Assembly (NCBI GenBank): GCA_903861075.1
Contig: CAIOSY010000055.1
Span: 8,877-72,876 of the forward strand
Reading direction: 5' to 3'
DNA: 64,000 nucleotides
DNA from: an uncultured Nitrosomonadales bacterium
Lineage (GTDB): Bacteria; Pseudomonadota; Gammaproteobacteria; Burkholderiales; Gallionellaceae
Both the position numbers and the translations under genes were made by a program. The notes under the pieces are model-generated. The model saw only the letters and a program-made list of their open reading frames with translations. It made no database searches and was not told the DNA's origin. Below are positions 9,584 through 21,246 of the stretch, one piece after another (position 1 is the first letter of the stretch; every line of letters begins with the position of its first letter).

Positions 9584-11022
9584 TGTTGCTTGCCAAAGCC
9601 GCTCAGGTGCTGGGCGCTCGTTTGATCCTTGCTACGCAAAGTAAAAGCACTTGTTTTGATGCCGTTTGCACGGATACGCGTCAGCTAAAGCAGGGCGATT
9701 TATACGTCGCGCTGCGCGGTGAGCTTTTCGATGGGGCTGATTTTATTGAGCAAGCTGCTGCAAATGGCGCGGTCGCGGCAATGGTCAATCAGGATGTGGA
9801 ATTAAAGATACAGAATGTTGCCATCCCACTCATCCTTGTGCCGGATACACGTTTGGCCTTGGGGAAGTTGGCCGCGTACTGGCGTAGCAAGTTTGATATT
9901 CCGCTGGTTGCCATTACAGGTAGCAATGGAAAAACAACGGTCAAGGAAATGCTCGCATCAATACTGCGCGTTGCGGCAGGGAGTGATGAGGCCGTGTTGG
10001 CCACCCAGGGTAATCTGAATAATGATATTGGTATGCCGCTGACGCTGCTGAAGCTAAATGATAGACACCGTTATGCCGTGATCGAAATGGGTATGAATCA
10101 TCCAGGTGAAATTGATTATTTGAGTCGTATTGCCTGCCCAACGGCGGTGTTGATTACTAATGCCAGCGGTGCGCATTTAGAAGGAATGGGCTCAGTCAAG
10201 GCGGTCGCGGAGGCAAAAGGTGAAATTTTTGCAGGGATGCGGCACGAGGGTAGTGCACTGATCAATGCCGATGATGAGTATGCCGCATTGTGGCGAGGTT
10301 TGGCGGGCGTACATTCGACGCTGGAGTTTGGCTTAAATAACGAGGCTGATGTGACGGGAACATGGTATCCGCACGCAGATGGCTTGAGATTGATAGCGCG
10401 GACGCCGCAAGGCGATTTTACGGTTGATATGCAAGTGCCGGGTGAGCATAACGCACGCAATGCTCTGGCGGCAACTGCGGCTGCGATTGAACTGAACCTG
10501 ACGTTGCTAAGCATCGTCACGGGATTAGAAAAGTTTTCCGGTGTGGCGGGACGTTTGCAGCGCAAACAGGCTCGCTGTGGCGCGGTGCTAATAGATGATA
10601 CTTATAATGCCAATCCCGCATCGCTGCACGCGGCTATTGCGGTATTAGCCCAAACAACAGGACATCGGATTCTGGTGTTGGGCGATATGGGTGAGTTGGG
10701 TGAGGATGCGGCCGTATTTCATGCAGGGATAGGTGAAATTGCACGTCAATCAGGAATTGAAACACTCTATACCCTGGGGGAGTTGAGTCGTTTTGCTGCC
10801 GAAAAATTTGGTTCGGGTGCCCAGCACTTTGACAGTATGGATGCTTTGAATGCCGCATTGGAAGTGCGTTTGTCACCAGATATGACGGTGTTGGTTAAGG
10901 GATCTCGATTCATGAAAATGGAACGGACGGTCAAATATTTAGTGGGCAGTAAGTCGAAAGTGACAAGTGAGTGTGTTGTGCCTCAGCCGTCCCTGACACT
11001 GAGTCACTTTCAGGTAAATTAA
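9580..11022 (+). CDS. murF: UDP-MurNAc-tripeptide--D-Ala-D-Ala ligase
   Basis: [30 protein letters not shown] and VLVKGSR motifs. C-terminal extension is encoded by a palindromic element. Confidence 0.97.
   Translation: MMLLAKAAQVLGARLILATQSKSTCFDAVCTDTRQLKQGDLYVALRGELFDGADFIEQAAANGAVAAMVNQDVELKIQNVAIPLILVPDTRLALGKLAAYWRSKFDIPLVAITGSNGKTTVKEMLASILRVAAGSDEAVLATQGNLNNDIGMPLTLLKLNDRHRYAVIEMGMNHPGEIDYLSRIACPTAVLITNASGAHLEGMGSVKAVAEAKGEIFAGMRHEGSALINADDEYAALWRGLAGVHSTLEFGLNNEADVTGTWYPHADGLRLIARTPQGDFTVDMQVPGEHNARNALAATAAAIELNLTLLSIVTGLEKFSGVAGRLQRKQARCGAVLIDDTYNANPASLHAAIAVLAQTTGHRILVLGDMGELGEDAAVFHAGIGEIARQSGIETLYTLGELSRFAAEKFGSGAQHFDSMDALNAALEVRLSPDMTVLVKGSRFMKMERTVKYLVGSKSKVTSECVVPQPSLTLSHFQVN
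10951..11011. repeat. tandem-heptamer inverted-repeat element at the murF 3' end
   Basis: Left arm AAGTCGA-AAGTGAC-AAGTGAG; right arm GTCCCTG/GACACTG/GTCACTT. Perfect 9-bp pairing GAAAGTGAC (10956-10964) with GTCACTTTC (11003-11011). Confidence 0.75.
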
Positions 11023-11023
11023 A

Positions 11024-12109
11024 ATGCTCTTAGCACTCACACAATGGTTGGCTCAGGATATACGTTTTTTCAGCGTATTTAATTACATCACGTTGCGCAC
11101 GGTATTGGCGGCGATGACAGCGCTGGGCATCTCGTTTTTAGTAGGTCCGGCGATGATACGTAAACTGACGGATTATAAAATTGGCCAGTCAGTACGGACG
11201 GACGGTCCTCAAACACATTTAATAAAAGCAGGAACACCCACCATGGGCGGGGCTCTGATCCTGACGGCGATTGCGATAACAACGTTGTTATGGGGAGATT
11301 TACATAATCGTTATGTCTGGGTTGTACTGTTTACCACGCTGGGTTTCGGGGTGATTGGCTGGGTCGATGATTACCGAAAAGTCGTACACCGTAATCCAAA
11401 AGGATTGTCAGCCAAAGCCAAAATGGGTTGGCAATCAATCGTTGCATTACTGGTGGCTGTTTATTTATGGCGCACGGCAACGATCCCCGCACAAACCGAA
11501 ATGATCGTGCCCTTTATGAAATTTTTAGTATTCCCGTTGGGTGCGCTGGGATTTATTACCCTGGTTTATTTTGTCATCGTGGGAACGAGTAATGCGGTCA
11601 ATTTGACGGATGGGCTAGATGGTTTGGCAATTATGCCCACGGTGATGGTCGCCAGTGCATTGGCTCTTTTTGCTTATATGGCAGGTAATGCGGTGTTCGC
11701 AAAATATCTCGGTATTCCATATATTCCGGGTGCGGGCGAATTGGCTGTTTTTTGTGGTGGAATTGCCGGGGCAGGTTTAGCTTTTTTATGGTTCAACGCT
11801 TATCCGGCTGAAGTTTTTATGGGTGACGTAGGGGCTTTAGCACTGGGTGCGGCACTGGGCGTCGTTGCAGTAATCGTGCGGCAGGAATTAGTGTTATTCA
11901 TTATGGGTGGGGTATTTGTCGTGGAAACATTATCGGTAGCGATTCAGGTCGCATCGTTTAAGTTAACAGGGAAACGCGTGTTTCGGATGGCGCCGCTGCA
12001 TCACCACTATGAGTTAAAAGGCTGGAAAGAAACCCAAGTGGTGGTGCGTTTCTGGATTATCACGATGTTGCTGGTATTACTGGGCTTGGCCACATTAAAG
12101 CTTAGATAA
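11024..12109 (+). CDS. mraY: phospho-N-acetylmuramoyl-pentapeptide transferase
   Basis: [32 protein letters not shown] and APLHHHYE motifs. Confidence 0.98.
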   Translation: MLLALTQWLAQDIRFFSVFNYITLRTVLAAMTALGISFLVGPAMIRKLTDYKIGQSVRTDGPQTHLIKAGTPTMGGALILTAIAITTLLWGDLHNRYVWVVLFTTLGFGVIGWVDDYRKVVHRNPKGLSAKAKMGWQSIVALLVAVYLWRTATIPAQTEMIVPFMKFLVFPLGALGFITLVYFVIVGTSNAVNLTDGLDGLAIMPTVMVASALALFAYMAGNAVFAKYLGIPYIPGAGELAVFCGGIAGAGLAFLWFNAYPAEVFMGDVGALALGAALGVVAVIVRQELVLFIMGGVFVVETLSVAIQVASFKLTGKRVFRMAPLHHHYELKGWKETQVVVRFWIITMLLVLLGLATLKLR

Positions 12110-12168
12110 GTATGTCGATTTATTGATGAGTGAGATAGTGCGCTAATCATCATTTAAAGGAAGTTAGA

Positions 12169-13596
12169 GTGAACAGTTGGGCAAACAAATTCGTGTTAGT
12201 TCTGGGTCTGGGAGAGACGGGGCTTTCTATGGTGCATTGGCTTGCACTGCAAGGTGCACGACTGCGCGCTGCAGATAGTCGCGACACGCCGCAGGGCTTG
12301 GACGAAGTTGCGCAGTATATTCCTGCTGAAGAGATTGTTTGTGGTGCGTTTACTGATGCTTTGTTTGAGGATATTGATCTTATTGCCATCAGCCCCGGTG
12401 TCCCTTTGTCTGATCCTTGTATCGCCACTGCGTTGGCGCGGGGCATTCCCGTGCTAGGTGATATCGAGTTATTCGCACAACATTGCTCAGATATTGCTGG
12501 TTTTAAACCTCAGGATGAGACTAAGGTTGTTGCAATTACCGGCTCTAATGGGAAGACCACCGTTACCAGTATGGTCGAACATCTTTGTAAGGTGTGTGGA
12601 CGTGATGCCGTTGCCGCAGGAAATATTTCCCCCGCAATCCTGGATGTGGTTTTGCAGCGCGGAGATCGTCAGCCAGAAATTTGGGTGCTTGAGCTATCCA
12701 GTTTTCAATTGGAAACCACGAGCAACTTGCAGTTGGATGCCGCAACCGTGCTCAATGTCTGTGAAGATCATCTGGATAGATACGAGGGGATGGATGGCTA
12801 TACGACAGCTAAATCGAGAATTTTTAATCGAACTCGCCTGCAGGTTCTGAATCGGGATGATGTGCGCAGCATAGGAATGAAGTGTGCGACAGGGCGTTAT
12901 ATTAGCTTCGGTTTAAATAGCCCACCTCGGGCGGAAGATTTTGGTATTGAGCGGGCAGGTGATGAAATATGGTTGGTTCACGGCGCTGATCGACTGTTAA
13001 ACGCTTCAGAGCTAAAGCTGGTCGGTTTGCATAATGTCTCTAATGCGCTTGCTGCATTGGCATTATGCCACTCGATAAATTTACCTATGATATGCCTGTT
13101 GGATGGCTTGAGAAGTTTTAAGGGTTTGCCGCATCGCGTCGCCTTGGTAGGCGAAATTAACGGTGTGACTTTCTATGATGACTCTAAGGGGACGAATGTA
13201 GGTGCAACCGTGTCCGCGCTGGCAGGATTGGGTTGTCGTGCTGTCCTGATTGCGGGCGGAACGGGTAAGGGACAAGATTTCACAAAACTCAAAACGGCAG
13301 TGAGTCGGCACGCTCGCGCTGTTGTATTGATTGGACGGGATGCGGCTTTAATTGAAGCGGCCATTCTGGGGTGCGGTGTTGCGGTCATACACGCCAAAGA
13401 TATGCAGGAAGCGGTGCAACAGGCCATGAAACAGGCATTACCGGGGGATGCCGTACTCCTCTCACCGGCCTGTGCCAGTTTTGATATGTATCGTAATTAT
13501 GCGCATCGAGCCCAAGTATTTATTGATGAGTTTGGTCATCTGACGAATGAAGCAACGCGTGACTCGCAGGTTCAGGAGGCAAAGTGGCCTCTTTAG
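12169..13596 (+). CDS. murD: UDP-MurNAc-L-Ala--D-Glu ligase
   Basis: [31 protein letters not shown] and [10 protein letters not shown] motifs. Confidence 0.97.
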   Translation: MNSWANKFVLVLGLGETGLSMVHWLALQGARLRAADSRDTPQGLDEVAQYIPAEEIVCGAFTDALFEDIDLIAISPGVPLSDPCIATALARGIPVLGDIELFAQHCSDIAGFKPQDETKVVAITGSNGKTTVTSMVEHLCKVCGRDAVAAGNISPAILDVVLQRGDRQPEIWVLELSSFQLETTSNLQLDAATVLNVCEDHLDRYEGMDGYTTAKSRIFNRTRLQVLNRDDVRSIGMKCATGRYISFGLNSPPRAEDFGIERAGDEIWLVHGADRLLNASELKLVGLHNVSNALAALALCHSINLPMICLLDGLRSFKGLPHRVALVGEINGVTFYDDSKGTNVGATVSALAGLGCRAVLIAGGTGKGQDFTKLKTAVSRHARAVVLIGRDAALIEAAILGCGVAVIHAKDMQEAVQQAMKQALPGDAVLLSPACASFDMYRNYAHRAQVFIDEFGHLTNEATRDSQVQEAKWPL

Positions 13597-14747
13597 TCAG
13601 AACACGTACGCCACCACCCCAATCGCAATTTGATAAATTGTTGATCTGGGTATTTATCGCTTTGCTTATGGTGGGGCTGGTAATGGTGTATTCATCCTCT
13701 ATCGCAACGGCTGAGGGCAGTAAGTTCACCGGGCATCAGGCAACTTATTACTTGATGCGGCATAGTATGTTTATTCTGGTGGGGCTGATTGCCGGTGCGC
13801 TGGCATTTCAAATGCCGGTACAACTTTGGCAGGCTTATTCTCCCTATTTGTTTCTGGCCGGTGCAGCGTTGCTGGTGTTGGTATTAATTCCCCACGTTGG
13901 ACGAGAAGTGAATGGTAGTCGTCGCTGGCTGTCCCTGTTTGTGATCAATCTTCAGCCATCCGAATTGATGAAGCTTTTTGCGGTCATGTATGCGGCTGAT
14001 TATACGGTGCGCAAGGGACGTGAAAATAATTCCTGGATGAAGGCATTTTTTCCTATGTTTGGAGTGATGGGAGTAGTCGGTGCCTTGCTGTTGTTAGAGC
14101 CAGATATGGGCGCATTTGTGGTGGTGTTGTCTATCGCCATCTGTACGTTATGGTTAGGGGGATTTAATCTCAAGGTGTTTGGCGCGTTGTTATTTGCGCT
14201 GCCAATGGCATTTGCCGCTTTGATTTTGTCTTCGCCTTATCGATTGCAGCGAGTTATCGGATTTATGGATCCGTGGGCTGATCCCTATGGCAAGGGTTAT
14301 CAGTTGAGTCATGCTTTGATTGCTTTTGGCCGGGGTGAACGTTTCGGTGTGGGTTTGGGTGCTAGCGTGGAAAAATTATTTTATTTACCGGAAGCGCACA
14401 CTGATTTTTTGATGGCCGTCATTGCTGAAGAATTGGGGCTCATGGGGGTGGTTAGTGTGATTATTCTATTTGCACTTGTGCTGATACGCGCTTTTCAGAT
14501 TGGAGGCAACGCAGCCTTGCTGGAGCGCCACTTCTCCGCGTTGGTTGCGCAAGGGATTGGTGTTTGGATAGGGGTGCAGGCGACGATTAATATCGGTGTG
14601 AATATGGGGGTATTACCAACGAAAGGGTTGACGTTACCTTTCTTGAGTTTCGGTGGCAGTGGCGTCGTGGTTAATTGTATTGCCGCAGCCGTATTGCTTC
14701 GGGTTGACTATGAAAATAGAAGGCTAGAACGGGGGATGCCCGCATGA
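13584..14747 (+). CDS. ftsW: peptidoglycan glycosyltransferase FtsW
   Basis: [26 protein letters not shown] and [13 protein letters not shown] motifs. Confidence 0.97.
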   Translation: MASLVRTRTPPPQSQFDKLLIWVFIALLMVGLVMVYSSSIATAEGSKFTGHQATYYLMRHSMFILVGLIAGALAFQMPVQLWQAYSPYLFLAGAALLVLVLIPHVGREVNGSRRWLSLFVINLQPSELMKLFAVMYAADYTVRKGRENNSWMKAFFPMFGVMGVVGALLLLEPDMGAFVVVLSIAICTLWLGGFNLKVFGALLFALPMAFAALILSSPYRLQRVIGFMDPWADPYGKGYQLSHALIAFGRGERFGVGLGASVEKLFYLPEAHTDFLMAVIAEELGLMGVVSVIILFALVLIRAFQIGGNAALLERHFSALVAQGIGVWIGVQATINIGVNMGVLPTKGLTLPFLSFGGSGVVVNCIAAAVLLRVDYENRRLERGMPA

Positions 14748-14814
14748 ATATCAGGATACAGCTAAAACCTGGTTGCGTTGAATTTAATTGCGGTCAGTCG
14801 ATGAGTTGCTGTTT

Positions 14815-15876
14815 ATGAACCGCTCAATTTTAATCATGGCAGGGGGAACCGGCGGGCATATTTTCCCCGCTTTAGCCGTTGCGGATCACTTGCGTGAGGA
14901 CGGCTGGCAAGTGACCTGGCTTGGTGCGCCCAACAGTATGGAGGCAGACCTGGTTGCTAAACACGGTTATGACATCGCGCTCGTGCGTTTTTCCGGTTTG
15001 CGGGGAAAAGGCTTGTTGCGCAAGTTGCTTCTGCCCTTCAATTTGGCCATTGCGCTAATGCAAAGTGCCGTTGTGTTATTCCGCATTCGTCCCGATGTCG
15101 TGTTGGGTATGGGGGGATATATCACAATACCTGGCGGGTTAATGGCTGCACTTTTGCGTCGACCTTTAGTGATACATGAACAAAATTCAGTCGCTGGATT
15201 AAGTAATAAAGTATTGGCCTATCTGGCTACCCGGGTCGTGAGTGGTTTTCCTGGCGTGTTGCCACGTGCACTGTGGTCGGGCAATCCGGTACGCAGTAGT
15301 ATCGTCGCATTAGCAGTGCCCCAATCCCGATATGACACGCGGCGGGGGCGTCTGAATGTGCTGGTGGTAGGCGGGAGTCTGGGGGCGCAAGTGCTTAATG
15401 CCGTTTTGCCGGAAGCGCTGGCCTTAATGGACGAATCCGTTCGTCCTGTTATGTTGCATCAAACAGGAAAAAACAATTATGCCGGGGTGGTTGCGGCTTA
15501 TCAGAAGGTGAATATTCAGGCCGATATACGCCCCTTTATCGACGATATGGCACTCGCTTATTACGATGCGGATCTCGTGATCTGTCGCGCAGGGGCGCTG
15601 ACTATCGCGGAACTGGCTGCTGCGGGGGTTGCCAGTTTGTTGATTCCCTATCCTTACGCCGTGGACGATCATCAAACACATAATGCGCAGTTTTTGAGTG
15701 AGCAAGGCGCGGCCATTTTTTTACCTCAGTCGGCCTTAAATGCAGAGACCCTCGCAAAATTGATCGCTGGTTTAAGTCGAGAAAAATTGTTGAACATGGC
15801 GCAGCAGGCGCGCCACCTGGCCAAGCCCGATGCGGCGGAAGATGTAGCGAAGATATGCAAGGAGTTGGCAGAATGA
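14815..15876 (+). CDS. murG: lipid II GlcNAc transferase
   Basis: [21 protein letters not shown] and RAGALT motifs. ATG at 14815. Confidence 0.97.
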   Translation: MNRSILIMAGGTGGHIFPALAVADHLREDGWQVTWLGAPNSMEADLVAKHGYDIALVRFSGLRGKGLLRKLLLPFNLAIALMQSAVVLFRIRPDVVLGMGGYITIPGGLMAALLRRPLVIHEQNSVAGLSNKVLAYLATRVVSGFPGVLPRALWSGNPVRSSIVALAVPQSRYDTRRGRLNVLVVGGSLGAQVLNAVLPEALALMDESVRPVMLHQTGKNNYAGVVAAYQKVNIQADIRPFIDDMALAYYDADLVICRAGALTIAELAAAGVASLLIPYPYAVDDHQTHNAQFLSEQGAAIFLPQSALNAETLAKLIAGLSREKLLNMAQQARHLAKPDAAEDVAKICKELAE

Positions 15877-17273
15877 AGCATAAAATCAGGAAGATACACT
15901 TTGTTGGTATTGGTGGATCAGGAATGAATGGCATCGCGGAAGTGCTGTTTAATTTAGGTTTTGGGGTGAGTGGTTCTGATCTGGTTGAAAATGTCGCCAC
16001 AAAACGTTTAAGCCGGCTCGGTGTCACGATACATATTGGTCATCATGCGCTCAACATCAATGATGCTGATGCCGTGGTGGTTTCTACTGCTGTCCGTCAC
16101 GACAATCCGGAAGTGCAGCTTGCACGCGAGCGCCATATTCCAGTCGTGCCTCGCGCTATGATGCTCGCTGAGTTGATGCGCTTGCGTCAGGGTATCGCGG
16201 TAGCGGGAACGCATGGAAAAACGACGACGACTTCTTTGACGGCGAGTGTGTTGGCGCGCGGGGGATTTGATCCGACTTTTGTCATTGGCGGCAAGCTCAA
16301 TAGTAGTGGCACGAATGCAAAATTAGGCACCGGTGAATTTATCGTTGTGGAAGCCGATGAGTCGGATGCTTCTTTTCTTTATTTACAACCGATACTGGCA
16401 GTGGTCACGAATATCGATGCAGACCATATGGAAACTTACGGCCATGATTTTACGAGACTCAAGCAGGCCTTCGTTGATTTTGTGGAACATTTGCCTTTTT
16501 ATGGTCGGGCAATGCTGTGTATTGACGACGAAAATATTCGTGAAATATTGCCACGTATTACTAAGCCGGTAACGACCTACGGCTTATGTGCAGAGGCGAA
16601 TATTCGTGCGGTTGATGTGCGGCATGACAGCGGACGGATGCGTTTTACAGCCCAATGCAGATTAAATACGATGTCACGCGATTTGGATATTACCTTGAAT
16701 CTGCCGGGTCTGCACAATGTGTTAAACGCGCTGGCTGCGATTGCGATTGCCATTGAAGTCGGGGTGGCGGATGAGGCTATCGTCGCTGCATTGAATGAGT
16801 TCGAGGGCGTGGGCCGGAGATTTCAGCGCTATGGTGAGGTTAGCCTGCAACAAGGCGGGGCATTCACGTTAATTGATGATTACGGACATCATCCCGTTGA
16901 AATGGCAGCAACGCTTGCGGCAATCAGAGGTGCATTCCCCGGTCGCCGCCTTGTATTAGCCTTTCAGCCTCATCGTTATTCTCGTACCCGTGATTTATTT
17001 GAGGATTTTGTAAAAATCCTCAGTGATGTTGATGCTTTATTGCTCGCAGAAGTGTATGCGGCAGGTGAAACGAGACTGGTTGCTGCCGATGGCAGAGCGA
17101 TGATGCATGCGTTGCGTCTCGCAGGTCAAAGTGAAGCTATTTTTGTCGAGCAAATTTCGGATATGCCTCAGGCTATTTTGCAGTGGGCGCGTGAAGGTGA
17201 CGTGGTTGTTACGATGGGGGCAGGCTCGATTGGCAATGTGGCAGGTGCCGTTAAACAGCTTGCCCATCCATGA
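15873..17273 (+). CDS. murC: UDP-N-acetylmuramate--L-alanine ligase
   Basis: [26 protein letters not shown] and DDYGHHP motifs. ATGA overlap with murG. Confidence 0.97.
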   Translation: MKHKIRKIHFVGIGGSGMNGIAEVLFNLGFGVSGSDLVENVATKRLSRLGVTIHIGHHALNINDADAVVVSTAVRHDNPEVQLARERHIPVVPRAMMLAELMRLRQGIAVAGTHGKTTTTSLTASVLARGGFDPTFVIGGKLNSSGTNAKLGTGEFIVVEADESDASFLYLQPILAVVTNIDADHMETYGHDFTRLKQAFVDFVEHLPFYGRAMLCIDDENIREILPRITKPVTTYGLCAEANIRAVDVRHDSGRMRFTAQCRLNTMSRDLDITLNLPGLHNVLNALAAIAIAIEVGVADEAIVAALNEFEGVGRRFQRYGEVSLQQGGAFTLIDDYGHHPVEMAATLAAIRGAFPGRRLVLAFQPHRYSRTRDLFEDFVKILSDVDALLLAEVYAAGETRLVAADGRAMMHALRLAGQSEAIFVEQISDMPQAILQWAREGDVVVTMGAGSIGNVAGAVKQLAHP

Positions 17274-18262
17274 CTATGAACGAGCCGGCACCGTACGTCA
17301 GTCCATCGTTACGGGGTAAGTTGTGCCGTGAAGAATCGATGCGACGTCATACCAGTTGGCGGGCAGGCGGGGTTGCGCAATGTTTGTATCAAGCGGCTGA
17401 CCTTGCTGATTTGCAAGTTTTTTTAGGCACTTTGCCTGTGACAGAGTCTGTCTGGCCGGTCGGGTTGGGAAGTAATTTGCTGGTGCGTGATGGCGGTGTA
17501 GCAGGTACGGGAATTTTACTGCACGGGGCATTGAATGAATTGTGTGTGCAGCCGGATCGATTGATCTACGTGCAAGCCGGTGTGCCGGGGGCAAAATTAG
17601 CACGTTACGCAGCCTTAAATAATTTCCAGGGTGCGGAATTTTGTGCTGGAATTCCGGGAACGTTGGGCGGCATGCTGGCGATGAACGCAGGGTGTTATGG
17701 TAGTGAAATTTGGCAGCATGTTGTCCGGGTACAGCTTATAACCCGTAGTGGTGAATTTATTGAGCGTGTGCCGGCGGAATATCATATTGGTTATCGCAGC
17801 GTTGCATTGCGGGGCGGGGATGAAGAAGATAGCGGGATGGGGAAATCGGGTTTTGTTCCGGCTTCTTTTTCCTTGTTGGCGTCCCCAAGCGAATTTTTTG
17901 TCGGTGCCTGGTTGAAATTTTTGCCAGGTGATGCTGAGGTGTCCAGGAAAAAGATAAAGGCGCTTTTAAGTCAGCGTATAGCGAGTCAGCCCTTGAATTT
18001 GCCTAATGCCGGCTCGGTGTTCCGTAATCCGCCCAATGATTATGCCGCGCGTCTGATCGAGTCGTGTGGTCTTAAGGGGCGAAAAAGAGGGAGCGCGCAA
18101 GTGTCTGAAAAACATGCAAACTTCATCGTAAATACGGGTGGAGCGACGGCAGAAAATATTGAAGGTTTGATTGTCGAGGTGCGGGATATTGTCGAGGCGC
18201 AAACCGGTGTGGTGTTACACCCGGAAGTAAAAATTATTGGTGAGAATAAAACAGATGAATAA
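17270..18262 (+). CDS. murB: UDP-N-acetylenolpyruvoylglucosamine reductase
   Basis: [30 protein letters not shown] and KHANF motifs. Carries a ~24-aa internal insert. Confidence 0.97.
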   Translation: MTMNEPAPYVSPSLRGKLCREESMRRHTSWRAGGVAQCLYQAADLADLQVFLGTLPVTESVWPVGLGSNLLVRDGGVAGTGILLHGALNELCVQPDRLIYVQAGVPGAKLARYAALNNFQGAEFCAGIPGTLGGMLAMNAGCYGSEIWQHVVRVQLITRSGEFIERVPAEYHIGYRSVALRGGDEEDSGMGKSGFVPASFSLLASPSEFFVGAWLKFLPGDAEVSRKKIKALLSQRIASQPLNLPNAGSVFRNPPNDYAARLIESCGLKGRKRGSAQVSEKHANFIVNTGGATAENIEGLIVEVRDIVEAQTGVVLHPEVKIIGENKTDE

Positions 18263-19190
18263 CGTTACTCCGATTTCGCCCGCTTCGTTTGGCAAAGTTG
18301 CCGTGTTGTTCGGTGGCTGCTCTGCCGAGCGCGAAGTGTCGCTGAAAAGTGGTGCTGCAGTATTAGCGGCATTAAAACGCAACGGTGTTGATGCGTATGC
18401 GTTTGATCCCGCAAATCAGAACTTGCAGCAACTGCGTGATGAAAATTTCGAGCGCGTTTTTATTTCGTTGCATGGCAGATTGGGCGAAGATGGTACGGTG
18501 CAAGGGGCATTGGAACTGTTGGGCATTCCTTATACGGGGAGCGGTGTGATGGCTTCTGCGCTGGGTATGGATAAATGGCGCAGTAAGTTGGTCTGGCAAG
18601 CTGCGGGACTGCCTATCCCCGATTTTTTATTGATTGATGCTGACAGTGTGAGTGCTCACGTTGTGGCAGAGCTGGGTTTGCCGTTATTTGTTAAGCCGGC
18701 TAATGAAGGATCTAGTGTTGGTATCAGTAAAGTTAAATCGGAGAGTGAATTGGCGGCTGCCTATCAAATGGCTGTTGAGCACGACAAACTGGTCATCGCG
18801 GAGCGTTTTATTGGCGGGGGAGAATACACTGTTGCGATTTTGGGTGATTTGATTTTACCCGTCATTAAAATTGAGCCAGCCAATGAGTTTTACGATTATG
18901 AGGCGAAATATCTTCGTGACGACACGCGTTATCTTTGCCCGAGTGGACTCAGTGCCGAACAGGAAACACAGATGCAAATGCTGGCAAAACGCGCTTTTTC
19001 ATTGATAGGTGGGCAAGGTTGGGGACGGGTTGATTTCCTGGTAGATCCTGACGGGCAGCCTTATGTGCTTGAAGTTAATACCTCCCCTGGTATGACGGAT
19101 CATAGTCTGGTTCCGATGGCGGCGCGTCAAGTGGGCATCCCGTTCGATCAGTTGGTTCTGCGCGTTTTGGAGTTGGCGCATGTGGGATAA
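18255..19190 (+). CDS. ddl: D-alanine--D-alanine ligase
   Basis: [30 protein letters not shown] and LEVNTSPG motifs. Confidence 0.97.
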   Translation: MNNVTPISPASFGKVAVLFGGCSAEREVSLKSGAAVLAALKRNGVDAYAFDPANQNLQQLRDENFERVFISLHGRLGEDGTVQGALELLGIPYTGSGVMASALGMDKWRSKLVWQAAGLPIPDFLLIDADSVSAHVVAELGLPLFVKPANEGSSVGISKVKSESELAAAYQMAVEHDKLVIAERFIGGGEYTVAILGDLILPVIKIEPANEFYDYEAKYLRDDTRYLCPSGLSAEQETQMQMLAKRAFSLIGGQGWGRVDFLVDPDGQPYVLEVNTSPGMTDHSLVPMAARQVGIPFDQLVLRVLELAHVG

Positions 19191-19920
19191 CGTGCTTTTG
19201 TTGCGGAATTTAACGCGAGCTTTGATGTTTGTCAGCGCAAGTCTGGTTGTATATGGCGCGGCGCACTATGTGACACATTTGCCGCATTTATTGCCCATTA
19301 AAAGTGTGCGTTTGAATTCAGTGCCGAATCGTATTGTGAGCGAGAATGTAAAAGCGCTGGTGCAGCGTGAGGTCAAGGGAAATTTTTTTACCGTTGATAT
19401 TGACGGACTCAGACTGGCATTAAAAAAATTGCCCTGGGTAAGAAATGTCAGTATTAGGCGCGAGTTTCCCAATACCCTGGTGTTGACGTTTGAGGAGCAT
19501 AAGCCTTTGGCACGCTGGAATAGCGTGGCTTTGGTGAATCAACAGGGTGAAGTTTTTTCTGCGCAAACGGAGCAGATACTGCCCAGATTTATCGGTTATG
19601 AAGGTAGTGCGCCGAAAGTGACGCAACAATATGCAAAATATAGCGATTTGTTTGCTGTGTTGCATTTACAGATTAAACAGATGGCGTTGTCACCGCGTCA
19701 AGCCTGGCGGTTGCAGTTGAGTAACAATATGATTGTTGAATTGGGGCATGATGAGACTCAGCAGCGTCTGGCAAGATTTATAACGGTATATCCGTATAGT
19801 TTGGGCATCACGCCAGAGCCGAAAAAGGGGTCTGAATCTGTGCAAGAAGGTAGCTTGCAGGTGGTGGATATGCGTTATTCGAATGGATTTGCGGTGAGGA
19901 AACGAAATGGCAATGTATAG
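19180..19920 (+). CDS. ftsQ: cell division protein FtsQ
   Basis: TM plus POTRA domain ([14 protein letters not shown]) and the C-terminal [10 protein letters not shown] motif. Confidence 0.95.
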   Translation: MWDNVLLLRNLTRALMFVSASLVVYGAAHYVTHLPHLLPIKSVRLNSVPNRIVSENVKALVQREVKGNFFTVDIDGLRLALKKLPWVRNVSIRREFPNTLVLTFEEHKPLARWNSVALVNQQGEVFSAQTEQILPRFIGYEGSAPKVTQQYAKYSDLFAVLHLQIKQMALSPRQAWRLQLSNNMIVELGHDETQQRLARFITVYPYSLGITPEPKKGSESVQEGSLQVVDMRYSNGFAVRKRNGNV

Positions 19921-19965
19921 GAAGATGCAAATACAAAAACAGACAAAAGCTGTGGAGATGATGTG

Positions 19966-21189
19966 ATGAGCAGAAATAAGGATGAAAAAAATCTTGTGGT
20001 TGGGCTGGATATTGGCACTTCCAAAATTGTAGTTATTGTCGGTGAGGTTAAGTCTGACGGCGGGCTTGAGGTAATCGGTATGGGTATGCATACTTCTTCA
20101 GGCCTGAAAAAAGGCATGGTGGTCAATATTGATGCTACGGTGGGTGCGATTCAGCGCGCATTGGAGGAAGCAGAGTTGATGGCGGATTGTAAAATTACCG
20201 AGGTTCATACCGGAATAGCAGGGAGTCATATTCGCAGTACTAACTCTAGCGGCATGGTAAAAATAAAGGAAAAGGAAGTCACGCAAACAGATGTGGATCG
20301 CGTGCTTGAGACGGCAAGCTCCATAAGTTTGCCTGCTGATCAGCAAAAATTACATGTTTTGGAGCAGGCATTTAGCATAGATGGACAGGATGGCATTAAG
20401 AAGCCGCTTGGCATGAGTGGAATGCGTCTGGATGTCGATGTGCATATTGTCACGGGAGCGGTGGCTGCCGTTCAAAACATTATGAAGTGTATTCATCGCT
20501 GTGGGCTGGAAGTTAATGAGCTGATTTTGCAACCGTTAGCCTCTAGCCGTGCGGTATTGGCTGATGATGAAATGGATTTGGGTGTGTGTCTAGTGGATAT
20601 AGGGGGGGGGACGACTGATATTGCCGTATTTACAGGCGGGTCGATACGTCATACCGCCGTTATTCCGATTGCGGGTGATCAAATTACTAACGACATCGCG
20701 ATGGCGTTACGCACCCCGACTCAAGATGCTGAAGATATTAAGATACGGTATGGCTGCGCTTTGCGTCAGTTGGCCGATGGCGGAGCGATAGAAGTGCCGG
20801 GTGTGGGTGATCGAGAACCCCGTATGTTATCTCGCCAAACCCTATCTGAAGTGATAGAGCCGCGCGTAGAAGAGCTTTATTCATTGATTCAGGCTGAGTT
20901 GCGACGTAGTGGTTTTGATGATTTGTTGTCATCCGGGATCGTAATTACAGGTGGGAGCAGTGCTATGCAGGGGATGGTGGAACTGGGAGAAGAGATCTTC
21001 CATTTGCCCGTTAGATTGGGTATTCCAAAAGATGTCGGCGGTTTGACGGATGTTGTTAAAACGCCGCGCATGGCAACGGGAGTAGGTCTGTTGTTATATG
21101 GACTGGAATACCACAAGAAGAATGAAGAAACGCGGATGCAAGCAAATACGTTTAGTGATGTTTTGGCAAGAATGAAGTCTTGGTTTTAA
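19966..21189 (+). CDS. ftsA: cell division protein FtsA
   Basis: GLDIGTSK, VDIGGGTTD and GIVITGGSS motifs; C-terminal amphipathic helix ends at WF. Confidence 0.97.
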   Translation: MSRNKDEKNLVVGLDIGTSKIVVIVGEVKSDGGLEVIGMGMHTSSGLKKGMVVNIDATVGAIQRALEEAELMADCKITEVHTGIAGSHIRSTNSSGMVKIKEKEVTQTDVDRVLETASSISLPADQQKLHVLEQAFSIDGQDGIKKPLGMSGMRLDVDVHIVTGAVAAVQNIMKCIHRCGLEVNELILQPLASSRAVLADDEMDLGVCLVDIGGGTTDIAVFTGGSIRHTAVIPIAGDQITNDIAMALRTPTQDAEDIKIRYGCALRQLADGGAIEVPGVGDREPRMLSRQTLSEVIEPRVEELYSLIQAELRRSGFDDLLSSGIVITGGSSAMQGMVELGEEIFHLPVRLGIPKDVGGLTDVVKTPRMATGVGLLLYGLEYHKKNEETRMQANTFSDVLARMKSWF

Positions 21190-21246
21190 CTTTTAAATAC
21201 CCGTGCAGATAGCATTTATTGAATTTTGATATTAGAGGAGATTGAT

